Made by a program: the position numbers and the translations under genes. The notes beneath the pieces were generated by a model that was given only the letters and a program-made list of their open reading frames with translations, was not told where the DNA came from and did no database searches. From an uncultured delta proteobacterium (GTDB taxonomy: Bacteria; Desulfobacterota; Binatia; DP-6), in assembly GCA_963815115.1 (NCBI GenBank), contig CAWFFN010000012.1, positions 352,001-416,000 of the forward strand: a stretch of DNA of 64,000 bases. Direction: 5' to 3'. Each line of letters begins with the position of its first letter. Position 1 is the stretch's first letter. Of this stretch, positions 18,607-28,907 are shown in pieces.

Positions 18607-19608
18607 TCAGGCCGAGGCCTCGAAGTCCTCGAACTGCAGGATATCCAGCTCGGCGAAGCGCTCGCGCACCCACGGCGTGAGCAGCCCGAGCCGCTTCACG
18701 TTGGGAACGACCTTCGCGAACAGCATCTTGCGGAACTCGATCATCGACGGCGAGTGGAGAACGATGTCCTTCACCTCGTCCACCGGCCAGCCCATGACCT
18801 CCCAGACCTCCTCGGCGAGCAGCCGGTCACGCATCAGCCGGCAGCCCTCGTACACGAACTCCTCGCGCTCGCGCATCTCCTTCGGCGGCATCTCGGCGAA
18901 GTAGTCCTTCAGCGCGATCACCCCGAATGCCACGTGGCGCGCCTCGTCGCGGATCACGTAGTGCAGCAGGTCGGTGAGCAGCGGCTCCGAGCACATCTTG
19001 TGCATGAAGCCGAACGCCGCCATGGCGAGGCCCTCGACGAGGATCTGCATGCCGAGGTACTTCATGTCCCACCGCGAGTCGGTGAGGATCTGGTCGATGA
19101 GCGCCTTCAGATCCTTGTTGATGCGGTAGGGGCCGCCGAGCTTCTCGTTCAGATAGCGCGAGAACACCTCGACGTGCCGCGCCTCGTCCATCACCTGCGT
19201 CGAGCCGTAGAACTTAGCTTCCATCCAGGGTGTGGCGTCGACGATCTGCGCCGTCGCCAGCAGCGCGCCCTGCTCGCCGTGCATGAAGTTCGACAGCAGC
19301 CAGCGGAGCTGCTCGCGCCGCAGCATCCGCACCTCGGCCGGTCCGAGCTTCTCCCAGATGTGCGTTCCGTAGACCGGAATCTGCATGTCGGGGAGATTCT
19401 CGGCCTCGGCGTCGACACCGAGGTGCCAGGCCAGCTGCTCGCTCGCGTTCCACTGGTCGCGCTTGGCCTTCTCGTAGAGGTTGTGCAGATCGCGCCGCAC
19501 CATCTCGTAGTTCCAGCTGTACGCGGTGTTGAACGTGGTGGAGAGGAGCTCGATGTGCTCCTCGCGCTCGTCGTGGGTCGGAACCTGGGCCACGGCACCG
19601 TTATGCAT
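18607..19608 (-). CDS. ferritin-like diiron protein (AurF-like superfamily) with complete ligand set
   Basis: HGEQGA, MDEARH, LVEGLA, RDEARH (E, ExxH, E, ExxH). Confidence 0.85.
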   Translation of the reverse strand: MHNGAVAQVPTHDEREEHIELLSTTFNTAYSWNYEMVRRDLHNLYEKAKRDQWNASEQLAWHLGVDAEAENLPDMQIPVYGTHIWEKLGPAEVRMLRREQLRWLLSNFMHGEQGALLATAQIVDATPWMEAKFYGSTQVMDEARHVEVFSRYLNEKLGGPYRINKDLKALIDQILTDSRWDMKYLGMQILVEGLAMAAFGFMHKMCSEPLLTDLLHYVIRDEARHVAFGVIALKDYFAEMPPKEMREREEFVYEGCRLMRDRLLAEEVWEVMGWPVDEVKDIVLHSPSMIEFRKMLFAKVVPNVKRLGLLTPWVRERFAELDILQFEDFEASA

Positions 19609-20233
19609 GGGGCGATCCTCCCTCGGATTGGTGCGGGCTCAGCCCGCGCAGCGTCAGCGTGATGATGGTGTCGTGGAGCCACTCGATCGGGACGGCCTGG
19701 TGCTCGGTCCACCAGGCGAGGAGCTGGGTCGACATTCCGATGATCGCCTGGGCCGCGATGGCCGGCGCCACCGGGCCGAAAACACCACGCTCGATGCCTT
19801 CGCGGATGGTGGCCTCGGCGTCGAGCGCGAACAGCGCCTGCGCGCGGCGTACCACGTCGTGCCGCGACGCCGTCGGGCCGAAGACCAGCTTGAAGACCTC
19901 GCGGTTCTCCTGGGCGAAGCGACACAGAGCCACGGTGGCCACCCGGGTCTTCGCCACGGGATCGTCCACGCTCTCGCGTGCCTCGTCCACGGTCGCCTTC
20001 AGCCGCGTCGCCGCATCCTCGACCAGCGCATCGTAGAGCGCGTCCTTGGTGGCGAAGTGGAGATAGAACGTGCCGACGCCGACGTCCGCGGCGGCTGCGA
20101 TGTCGGCGATCTTGGTGGCGTGCAGGCCCTTCTCGGCCACGACGCGCGTGGCCGCTGCCAGAAGATCGTCCCGGGTCCGCGCCTTGCGGCGCTCGAAGCG
20201 GTTGTCGACGACCTTCAGTGAGCCAGGGTTCAT
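19601..20233 (-). CDS. TetR/AcrR-family transcriptional regulator
   Basis: TKIADIAAAADVGVGTFYLHFATKDAL; ATG 20233 preferred because ATG 20251 falls inside the predicted -10. Confidence 0.92.
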   Translation of the reverse strand: MNPGSLKVVDNRFERRKARTRDDLLAAATRVVAEKGLHATKIADIAAAADVGVGTFYLHFATKDALYDALVEDAATRLKATVDEARESVDDPVAKTRVATVALCRFAQENREVFKLVFGPTASRHDVVRRAQALFALDAEATIREGIERGVFGPVAPAIAAQAIIGMSTQLLAWWTEHQAVPIEWLHDTIITLTLRGLSPHQSEGGSPHA

Positions 20234-20250
20234 AACTGAATCTTGGTTCA
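20219..20250. promoter_or_regulatory. tandem palindromic operators, consensus TGAACC-N2-GGTTCA
   Basis: TGAGCC-AG-GGTTCA (20219-20232) and TGAATC-TT-GGTTCA (20237-20250), just downstream of the minus-strand TTGACG (20273-20278). Confidence 0.7.
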
Positions 20251-20320
20251 TTTAGCTCGGGATGCCGGATCACGTCAAGGGGGCTGCGCGAAGTATAAGA
20301 CAGCCTCCAGAGAGGAGCCG

Positions 20321-21229
20321 ATGAGGACGCCGCCGCCGTTCCACGAGGGAGAGATTGCCGTGCAGGAGCGCGCCGGCATGCGCCGCATGGCGGCGAAGAT
20401 CGGGACCGGAATCGACGACAGCATTCCGCCGCCGGCGCAGGAGTTCCTTCGCAACCGCTACGTGGTGCAACTCGGCTCGGTCGACCCGCGCGGTGCGGTA
20501 TGGGCCTCGCAGCGCGTCGGACCGCCCGGCTTCGTGACGTGTCCCGACGAGCGCACCGTCCGCATCGAGGCGGCCGACGTGCCGGGTGATCCGCTGCTGG
20601 CGAACCTGCGCGGCAACCAGGCCCTCGGGCTCCTCGCGATCGACCTTCCGACCCGACGGCGCTACCGGGTGAACGGGCGGGCGTCGCTCGAGGGCCGCGA
20701 CGCGATCGTGGTGCGAGTCGATCAGGCCTACGGCAACTGTCCGAAGTACATCCAGCGCCGCGAGCCCGTGGAAGCGCTGGAGGTGCATCCCGGCGAGGCC
20801 GACGTCACGCCCGGAACGTCGCTCGCGGCGGCACAGCGCGGATGGATCGAGCGCGCGGACACGTTCTTCCTCGCGACCGCTCACCCCGACGCCGGGGCCG
20901 ACGTGTCGCATCGCGGAGGACGGCCGGGCTTCGTGCGGGTGCCGGATGAGCGCACCCTCGTCTGGCCGGACTATGCCGGCAACACCATGTTCATGTCGCT
21001 GGGCAACCTCGCCGTGAATCCGCATGCGGGCCTGCTCTTCGTCGACTTCGATGCGGGCACCACGCTCCAGCTGACGGGACGGGCGCGCGTCGACTGGGAC
21101 GCCGGCAGAGCAGCGACCTTCCCGGGTGCGCAGCGGCTGATCGAGCTCGAGGTCGGCGAGACCATCGAGACGCGGCACGCGAGCCCGCTGGGCTGGAAGC
21201 TCGTCGAGCCCTCGCCGTTCAACCCGTGA
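20321..21229 (+). CDS. pyridoxamine 5'-phosphate oxidase-like flavin-binding protein (tandem split barrel)
   Basis: FHEGEIAVQ, YGNCPKYIQ, ADTFFLAT, DVSHRGGRPGFV, PDYAGN; AGAGGAG RBS. Confidence 0.88.
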   Translation: MRTPPPFHEGEIAVQERAGMRRMAAKIGTGIDDSIPPPAQEFLRNRYVVQLGSVDPRGAVWASQRVGPPGFVTCPDERTVRIEAADVPGDPLLANLRGNQALGLLAIDLPTRRRYRVNGRASLEGRDAIVVRVDQAYGNCPKYIQRREPVEALEVHPGEADVTPGTSLAAAQRGWIERADTFFLATAHPDAGADVSHRGGRPGFVRVPDERTLVWPDYAGNTMFMSLGNLAVNPHAGLLFVDFDAGTTLQLTGRARVDWDAGRAATFPGAQRLIELEVGETIETRHASPLGWKLVEPSPFNP

Positions 21230-21275
21230 GCGCGCCGAAGCGGAGCGTGTTGCCGGGCGGATCGCTAGAGCATCC

Positions 21276-22259
21276 TCACAGCTCGAGGGTCGGAACGGAG
21301 ACCGGCAGCCCCGTCGCCGCGGAGTGCATGCACGCCTCGGCGATCAGCACGGCGCGTGCGCCGTCCTCGGGGGTCACGGGAGGCCGCTCATCGTGCAGCA
21401 CGAGGCGGGCGAAGGCGCGCACCGCCTCGCGGACCGTGGCCGCCGCTTCGCCGAGGGCCACCGGGGTGCGCTCGAGGCCGCGCACCGTGTGCAGCCAGTG
21501 CTGTTGATGATCGCCGACGATCTGACCGCCGCGGCAGGCCGCGTCGACCAGCCCCGAGCGCCCCGCGGTCGCGCGCGAGCCGCCCACCGCGACCAGCGCG
21601 TCGTTCGACGCGAGCTCGAGGGTGGCGAGGAAGTTGTCCTCGGTGCGGACCGTGACGGCGCGAGCGGTCCGGCACCACACCCGCGTCACCTCGGCGCCGG
21701 TCAGCCAGCGCACCAGGTCGAAGCTGTGCACCCCGGTGTGGAGGAGGATGCCGCCGCCGGAGAGCTCCGGCCGGTCGAGCCAGTCCAGCGGAGACGGCTC
21801 GAAGCGCTGGTTGACGACCAGGGCGCGGAGCGGACCCAGGTCGGCCAGCCGCTCCCGCAGCGCACGCACCACCGTGTTCCAGCGCAGCGTGTGCGCCATC
21901 AAGCACGGGATGCCCGTCGCACGGACGCGCCGGACGATCACCCCGGCGTCGGCACCGCTGGTCGCCAGCGGCTTCTCGATGAGCAACGCCTTGCCGGCCG
22001 CGGCCACGGCCTCGACGATCGGCCGGTGCAGCGCGGGGGGTACGACGGCGACGACGCCCTCCACGGCGGGATCGGCGATCAGCGCATGCCATTCGGCGTG
22101 GAAGCGACACCCGAGCTCGCTCGCCTGGGCGGTGCCTCGCCTTGCGTCGTGACGGCTCAGCGCGACGAGGCGCAGCTCCGGGATGTCCGAACGGATGTGG
22201 TGCAGGTAGCGCTGGCCATGCTTGCCGGCGCCGATCAGGCCGACGGGGAACGGCGGCAT
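21276..22259 (-). CDS. Gfo/Idh/MocA-family NAD(P)-dependent oxidoreductase
   Basis: GLIGAGKHG, LLIEKPLA, GGGILLHTGVHSFD. Confidence 0.88.
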   Translation of the reverse strand: MPPFPVGLIGAGKHGQRYLHHIRSDIPELRLVALSRHDARRGTAQASELGCRFHAEWHALIADPAVEGVVAVVPPALHRPIVEAVAAAGKALLIEKPLATSGADAGVIVRRVRATGIPCLMAHTLRWNTVVRALRERLADLGPLRALVVNQRFEPSPLDWLDRPELSGGGILLHTGVHSFDLVRWLTGAEVTRVWCRTARAVTVRTEDNFLATLELASNDALVAVGGSRATAGRSGLVDAACRGGQIVGDHQQHWLHTVRGLERTPVALGEAAATVREAVRAFARLVLHDERPPVTPEDGARAVLIAEACMHSAATGLPVSVPTLEL

Positions 22260-22299
22260 CTAGACGACCGGCACCCGGATGTGGCGCACGGCCGATCCG

Positions 22300-23418
22300 T
22301 CACGCCGCGAGGCGTCCGGCGAGTCCGGAGAGGCGGCTGCGTGTGCTGCGGTCGCCGAGGCCGGCGGCGCGGCAGCGTTCGAGGTAGTCCGCGATCGCGC
22401 CCGCGAACCAGCGGCGGGCGAAGCTGCTGCCGCGCGCCAGCGCCTCCTGCTCGCGGGAGCCGGCCGCCAGGAGCACGAGGGGCTCGAACCACTCGGTGCT
22501 GCCCGCGATGCCGACCACGGTGTGCTCCGTGCGGTCGAGATACTCGTTCAGCACGGCGCTCTTCTCCGGCTGGTGCGCCAGATGGTAGCGGACATGTGCG
22601 ACCCCGTAGGCCACCGAGCGGGCGACGTCCTGGAGCGAGAGCGTGGCGAGCAGGCGATCGGCTCGCGTGCGCGCGAGGGCGGCGAGGGCCCGGTACATGG
22701 CGAGCGCGAAGCTGCCGAGGAGGAGGTTCGTCGCCAGCGAGGCCTCGGGGTAGGTCTCGGCCGAGAGGAGCTCCTTCAGCGCCTGCTCGGCGGATACGCT
22801 CGCACGGCCGAGACCGCGGCCGCTCACCAGGGCCCGCTTGCGACAGGCCTCGACGTGGCGCGCCTCGTCGAACATCTGCACGCAGAGGAAGCTCTTCAGC
22901 TCGAGGAACTCCTGGTTGATGACGAACACCCAGCGTCCGGGCGCCTCCATCGCGACCAGCGCGACCTCCTGGAGCACGGTGCAGAGCTGCGCGACGGCCG
23001 CCTCGCGCAGCTCGTCGGCCGGAGCGACGGGCGCGAGCAGCTCGCTCCACGGCACGTCGACCGCCGGTGCCCAGCGGCGCGCCTTCGCTTCCTCGTAGAG
23101 CGCGCAGACGTTCTCGGACCAGACGTCGCTCTTGCGGTTGATGGTGTAGCCGAGGTCGGGAAGCTTCGGCACCAGCACGCTGCCGCGCGACGCCATGCTG
23201 TTGCGGTTGCGGACCAGCTCCGGAATGGAATCGTAGCCGTAGGGGCCGAGGTTGCAGTCCTCGTAGGTCAGCCCGCGTGCGGCATCCGCCGGCCGCGCCT
23301 GCAGGCGGGCGGTCTCGACCCCGTACCACTCGAGGGTCAGGTTGCCCCCGAGGATGCTCGTCACCAGCTCGATCAGCGCCGGGTCGTCGAAGAAGTCCTT
23401 CTCGGCGTAGTACGCCAT
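22300..23418 (-). CDS. ferritin-like protein with degenerate diiron site (candidate non-catalytic beta subunit)
   Basis: 372-aa paralog of 23419-24537; keeps one DEARH; the other ligands are replaced (E>A, E>G, DEARH>DVARS). Confidence 0.8.
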   Translation of the reverse strand: MAYYAEKDFFDDPALIELVTSILGGNLTLEWYGVETARLQARPADAARGLTYEDCNLGPYGYDSIPELVRNRNSMASRGSVLVPKLPDLGYTINRKSDVWSENVCALYEEAKARRWAPAVDVPWSELLAPVAPADELREAAVAQLCTVLQEVALVAMEAPGRWVFVINQEFLELKSFLCVQMFDEARHVEACRKRALVSGRGLGRASVSAEQALKELLSAETYPEASLATNLLLGSFALAMYRALAALARTRADRLLATLSLQDVARSVAYGVAHVRYHLAHQPEKSAVLNEYLDRTEHTVVGIAGSTEWFEPLVLLAAGSREQEALARGSSFARRWFAGAIADYLERCRAAGLGDRSTRSRLSGLAGRLAA

Positions 23419-24537
23419 TCAGGCGGCGGCCATGGTGAGCTCGACCATCTTCCAGAGCCGGGAGCGCTCGCGCCGCTCGGGAAGGCCGCACTTGGCGAGC
23501 CGCTCGAAATACTCCTCGGCCTGCTGGAGCTGGAACATGTTCTGGATGCGGATGCCTTCCGCGATCTGCTCCTTCTTGGTGCCCTTGCCGGCGAGGATGA
23601 TGAACGGCTCCATCACCTCGGTGGCATAGCCGGCCCCGAAGACGAAGTTCTCGGCCTCGTCGAGATGACGATGGATCGTCTCGCGGCGCTCCGGGAAGTG
23701 GTCGAGCACCCATTTCAAATGCTGCATGCCGTAACCCACGTGCCGTGCCTCGTCCTGCATGACCAGCCGGAAGAGCTTCTTGTCGCCGTCGGTGGGTGAG
23801 ACGTACTCGCTGAACCGGAACAGCGTCAGCACCATGCCCTCGGCCTGGAGATGCAGGGTGAGCGACGCCTCGGCGAAGCTGTCGGCGTCGCGCAGGAACT
23901 TGAGATTGTGCTCGTTGTGCTGGCTCGCGCGCATGAGGCCGAAGCCGGTGGAGAGCGCCCGCTTGCGGAAGATCTCGGCGTGGCGCGCCTCGTCCATGGC
24001 CTGCGTGGCGATGAAGTTCTTGACCTCGAAGAAGTCGGCGTTGAGCCGTCCCATCCACTTGGCCGGGACGTCGGTCGCGATCATCTCGACCTCGGTCAGG
24101 AAGGTGAGCAGCTGGGCGTAGGCCTTGCCGATGTCGTCGGGAAGCTCGGTCGCGAGCAGATCGGACCACGGGATGTCGGTGGTCGCGTTCCACTGCCGGG
24201 TCATGGCCTCCTCGTAGTAGCCCTCGAGATTGTAGGCCCAGACCTCGCTCTTGCGGTTGACGTCGGCCTGGAGGTCGGGAAGGCCCTCCGGCTGCTCCGC
24301 GCCGCGCGGCGCGAAGCTCCGATTCTGCCGGATCACCTCGGGCATCTCCGAGTAGCCGTAGCCGGCGACATCGAGGTCGCGGAAGGTGAGGCCGCGGCGC
24401 TCGTTCTGCGGCCGGCAGCGCACGCGCTCGCGCTGGGCGTCGAGCCACGACAGATCGAGGTCGCCCTTCAGCCGGCGCTCGAGGCCGTCGAGAAACGCCC
24501 GGTCGTCGCTGAAGTCGGTGGTGGCGAGGTAGCTCAT
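23419..24537 (-). CDS. ferritin-like diiron protein with complete ligand set (candidate catalytic alpha subunit)
   Basis: AAGGAG RBS, ATG 24537; TEVEMIA, MDEARH, QAEG, QDEARH; 372 aa. Confidence 0.85.
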   Translation of the reverse strand: MSYLATTDFSDDRAFLDGLERRLKGDLDLSWLDAQRERVRCRPQNERRGLTFRDLDVAGYGYSEMPEVIRQNRSFAPRGAEQPEGLPDLQADVNRKSEVWAYNLEGYYEEAMTRQWNATTDIPWSDLLATELPDDIGKAYAQLLTFLTEVEMIATDVPAKWMGRLNADFFEVKNFIATQAMDEARHAEIFRKRALSTGFGLMRASQHNEHNLKFLRDADSFAEASLTLHLQAEGMVLTLFRFSEYVSPTDGDKKLFRLVMQDEARHVGYGMQHLKWVLDHFPERRETIHRHLDEAENFVFGAGYATEVMEPFIILAGKGTKKEQIAEGIRIQNMFQLQQAEEYFERLAKCGLPERRERSRLWKMVELTMAAA

Positions 24538-25025
24538 GTGCCGCTCCTTCTGGCGGGCTCGGCCCGACGTGGCGGGGCGGAGCCATCGGGATACGCAAAG
24601 TCGACTCCCGCCGAGAGGTCGAAGAACTCCTGGATGCTCTCGGCGAAGCGATAGAGCTTGTCGTGGCCGTCGGGGTCGTCGTAGCGCACCTGCAGGGACT
24701 CGCCGAAGTGGGTCAGCGTGTTCAGGCTGTGCGCCGCGTCGGCGGCGCCGAGGCGGTGGATGGCGTCGAACATCTCGCGCCACGCCGGCAGCGGGCCCTC
24801 GAGCACGAAGTCGGGAGCCACCCCGTCGAGCCCCTCGCGCACGGCCACGCAGTCGAACACCTCGAAGCCGAGCACGCCCTCGTAGAGCGGCTCGCCGCCG
24901 GCACCGAGCACGCGAACCGCGAAGGTCGTGTCGAAGAAGCCGAGACGCCGGAAACGCTCCTGCGCACCGCGCATCTCTGCACGAAGCGACTCGAAGAAGG
25001 CGAGTGATGGAAAGTGGACGGGCAT
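24534..25025 (-). CDS. hypothetical protein, SCP2 (sterol carrier)-like fold suspected
   Basis: N-terminal [10 protein letters not shown] and [14 protein letters not shown] resemble SCP2-like proteins; stop overlaps the next ATG (ATGA). Confidence 0.6.
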   Translation of the reverse strand: MPVHFPSLAFFESLRAEMRGAQERFRRLGFFDTTFAVRVLGAGGEPLYEGVLGFEVFDCVAVREGLDGVAPDFVLEGPLPAWREMFDAIHRLGAADAAHSLNTLTHFGESLQVRYDDPDGHDKLYRFAESIQEFFDLSAGVDFAYPDGSAPPRRAEPARRSGT

Positions 25026-25058
25026 GCGCACCCCGCGGTGGCGACGACTCCTCGCATC

Positions 25059-25088
25059 GGATTAGTCCGCCCCGTGCGGACGTGTCAA
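25059..25088 (-). promoter_or_regulatory. putative promoter of the SCP2-like/diiron operon
   Basis: TTGACA-N18-TAATCC. Confidence 0.4.
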
Positions 25089-25166
25089 TCGAACGCCGCA
25101 GGGTTGCAACGGGCTCCCCCCGGCGCTAGGAGAGGCCGGACCTCGACCCCCGTCAGGGAGACCGCG

Positions 25167-25520
25167 ATGGCGTACATCATCACCAGACTCTGCCGAGACT
25201 GCCTCGACACCGGCTGCGTGGCGGTCTGTCCCGTCGACTGCATCTACGAGTACACCGGGTCCGATCGCGAGCAGTGGCCGGCCCAGCTCTACATCCATCC
25301 CGACGAGTGCATCGACTGCGGTGCCTGCGAGCCCGAGTGTCCCTGGCAGGCGATCTTCGAGGAGGTCGCGGTCCCCGACGTCTTCAAGGACGACACCCCG
25401 CTCAACTACGCCATGATGGAGCACACCGCCGAGTTCAAGGTCGCGGCGACCAAGAAGGTGGAGCACCCGACGGCGGAGCAGGTGGCGGCCAACAAGGTCA
25501 AATGGGGCTGGTCGGGCTGA
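25167..25520 (+). CDS. dicluster ferredoxin (Azotobacter FdI/FdxA-like 7Fe type)
   Basis: [17 protein letters not shown] and [17 protein letters not shown]; GGGAG RBS. Confidence 0.92.
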   Translation: MAYIITRLCRDCLDTGCVAVCPVDCIYEYTGSDREQWPAQLYIHPDECIDCGACEPECPWQAIFEEVAVPDVFKDDTPLNYAMMEHTAEFKVAATKKVEHPTAEQVAANKVKWGWSG

Positions 25521-25542
25521 GGCCGATCCGGGCCTCCTGGCG

Positions 25543-26742
25543 CTACTGCGACGGCGGCGCCGCGTTCGGCGTCACCGTGGCCATGACCGTGCCGGCGCCC
25601 GCGTCCGCGATCTCCAGCTTCACGTCGCCGCCCGGCTGATTCGCACCGACCGCCGCGCGCAGCTCCTGGGCGAGGCGGTCCGTGAACTTTCCCCGCACCT
25701 CCGGGGGCATGGCGGCCATGGGAAAGTTCTGCACCACGACGCGCGCGCTGCCGGGCCCGTTCCAGTCGATCCGGACGATACGGTCGCCCATGATCGGCGC
25801 GGCGCGCAGCCGCTTCTCGACGTCCTCCTGGAACGGCGAGCGCGGGCGCGTATCGGCGGCGGGAGGAGACGGAGAGGGGCCGGCGGCGGCCACGGACGGC
25901 GGGGCCGTGGCGGGCCGTTCGCCGGTGAGCCGCCCCATCATCTCGTCGATCTGCTGTCGCACCTTGTCGTCGGTGGCGAGTGCTCGCGCCTGCTTGAACT
26001 CGCCGAGCGCCGCCTTCGCGTCGCCGAGCTGCGCGTGGGCGACGGCCAGGTTGTAGTGTGCCTGGAGGAAGTCGGGGTGCTTGGCGAGGACGTCCCGGTA
26101 GGTCGCCATCGCCTTCGGGGCGTCGCCGGCCGAGAGGTACATGGTGGCCAGGTCCGTGCGGGCGCTCGGGTCGTCGCCCGCGAGGGTCAGATAGCGCTCG
26201 AAGAGCGGGATCGCCTGCTTGTGATCGCCCTCGTCGTAGAAGACGTCCGCCTTGCCGTGGATCGCCTCGGGATCGCCGGGATCGCGGGCGAGGACGTGCT
26301 CGAACGCGGCCAGCGCCTTCGGGTCGTACGAGGAGTCGAGCTGTCCGGCGCGCGCGTAGACCTTGCCGAGACGGATCCACAGGTCCTTGTCGTCCGGAGC
26401 CGCGGCGGCCTTCTTCGCCAGATCGTCGATGAAGGTCTTCACCTCCGCCGGCAGCTCGAGCGGCGGTGCCGCGGCGGTCTGATCCGAGTCGGCCTGGGCC
26501 GCACCGGCGCTCGGCCCGCGCCCCGGCGCGGGCTTGGGCGGCGTCGGCGACAGGATCGCCGCCCAGATGGCGAGCCCGGACACCAGCAGCAACCCGAACA
26601 CCGAGAGGCCTGCCGTGGTGACCTGCCAGCCGCTCGCGGCCGCCGTGGCGGCCCGACCGTCGAGTGGGAAGCCGCACTCCGAGCAGAACTTCGCGCCCGG
26701 GGTCACCTTCGTGCCGCACTGCGAGCAGAAACGAGCGAGCAT
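25543..26742 (-). CDS. zinc-ribbon + TM + tetratricopeptide repeat protein
   Basis: FCSQCG...FCSECG, one hydrophobic helix, TPR-like repeats (WIRLGKVY, ARTDLATMY, AHYNLAVAH). Confidence 0.8.
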   Translation of the reverse strand: MLARFCSQCGTKVTPGAKFCSECGFPLDGRAATAAASGWQVTTAGLSVFGLLLVSGLAIWAAILSPTPPKPAPGRGPSAGAAQADSDQTAAAPPLELPAEVKTFIDDLAKKAAAAPDDKDLWIRLGKVYARAGQLDSSYDPKALAAFEHVLARDPGDPEAIHGKADVFYDEGDHKQAIPLFERYLTLAGDDPSARTDLATMYLSAGDAPKAMATYRDVLAKHPDFLQAHYNLAVAHAQLGDAKAALGEFKQARALATDDKVRQQIDEMMGRLTGERPATAPPSVAAAGPSPSPPAADTRPRSPFQEDVEKRLRAAPIMGDRIVRIDWNGPGSARVVVQNFPMAAMPPEVRGKFTDRLAQELRAAVGANQPGGDVKLEIADAGAGTVMATVTPNAAPPSQ

Positions 26743-26896
26743 CGCAGGCGACAATATCGGAGGGCGGCGGGGGGTCAAAAGGGTGGGCACGCAAACGACA
26801 GTAAGGTCTTCATGCCAGCGCGCCGGATGGCGGGTTTACGTGCCACTCCGGCCGGGAGTCAAACGGCTCGACCGCGTTCGGGTGCCGGAACGGCGA

Positions 26897-26929
26897 ACGG
26901 CGGAGGGGTCCGAAGACCCGCTCCGCCGT
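26897..26929 (-). terminator. stem-loop downstream of glnA
   Basis: ACGGCGGAG(C)GGGTC-TTCG-GACCCCTCCGCCGT on the minus strand, cUUCGg tetraloop, weak U tail. Confidence 0.55.
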
Positions 26930-26966
26930 CGCAGGAGAACGGACCCGCGCTGCGCGCGGCTCCGGA

Positions 26967-28424
<1,458 letters not shown>

Positions 28425-28474
28425 GCACACGCCTCCTGCTGTGAGCTACCGCTCGGTCTGTGGGGTCAGTGGGG

Positions 28475-28855
<381 letters not shown>

Positions 28856-28907
28856 CTAATCGAAGGATTCTCCGCTTGTAAACCCGCTCGCTGCACGTGC
28901 TCCTCGT

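Noticed and set aside
22300-24537. Calling the diiron pair ribonucleotide reductase R2, PaaA/PaaC or soluble methane monooxygenase
   Set aside because: No R1 subunit, PaaB/D/E, coupling protein or reductase nearby; length and N-terminal arm do not match what I recall of those families
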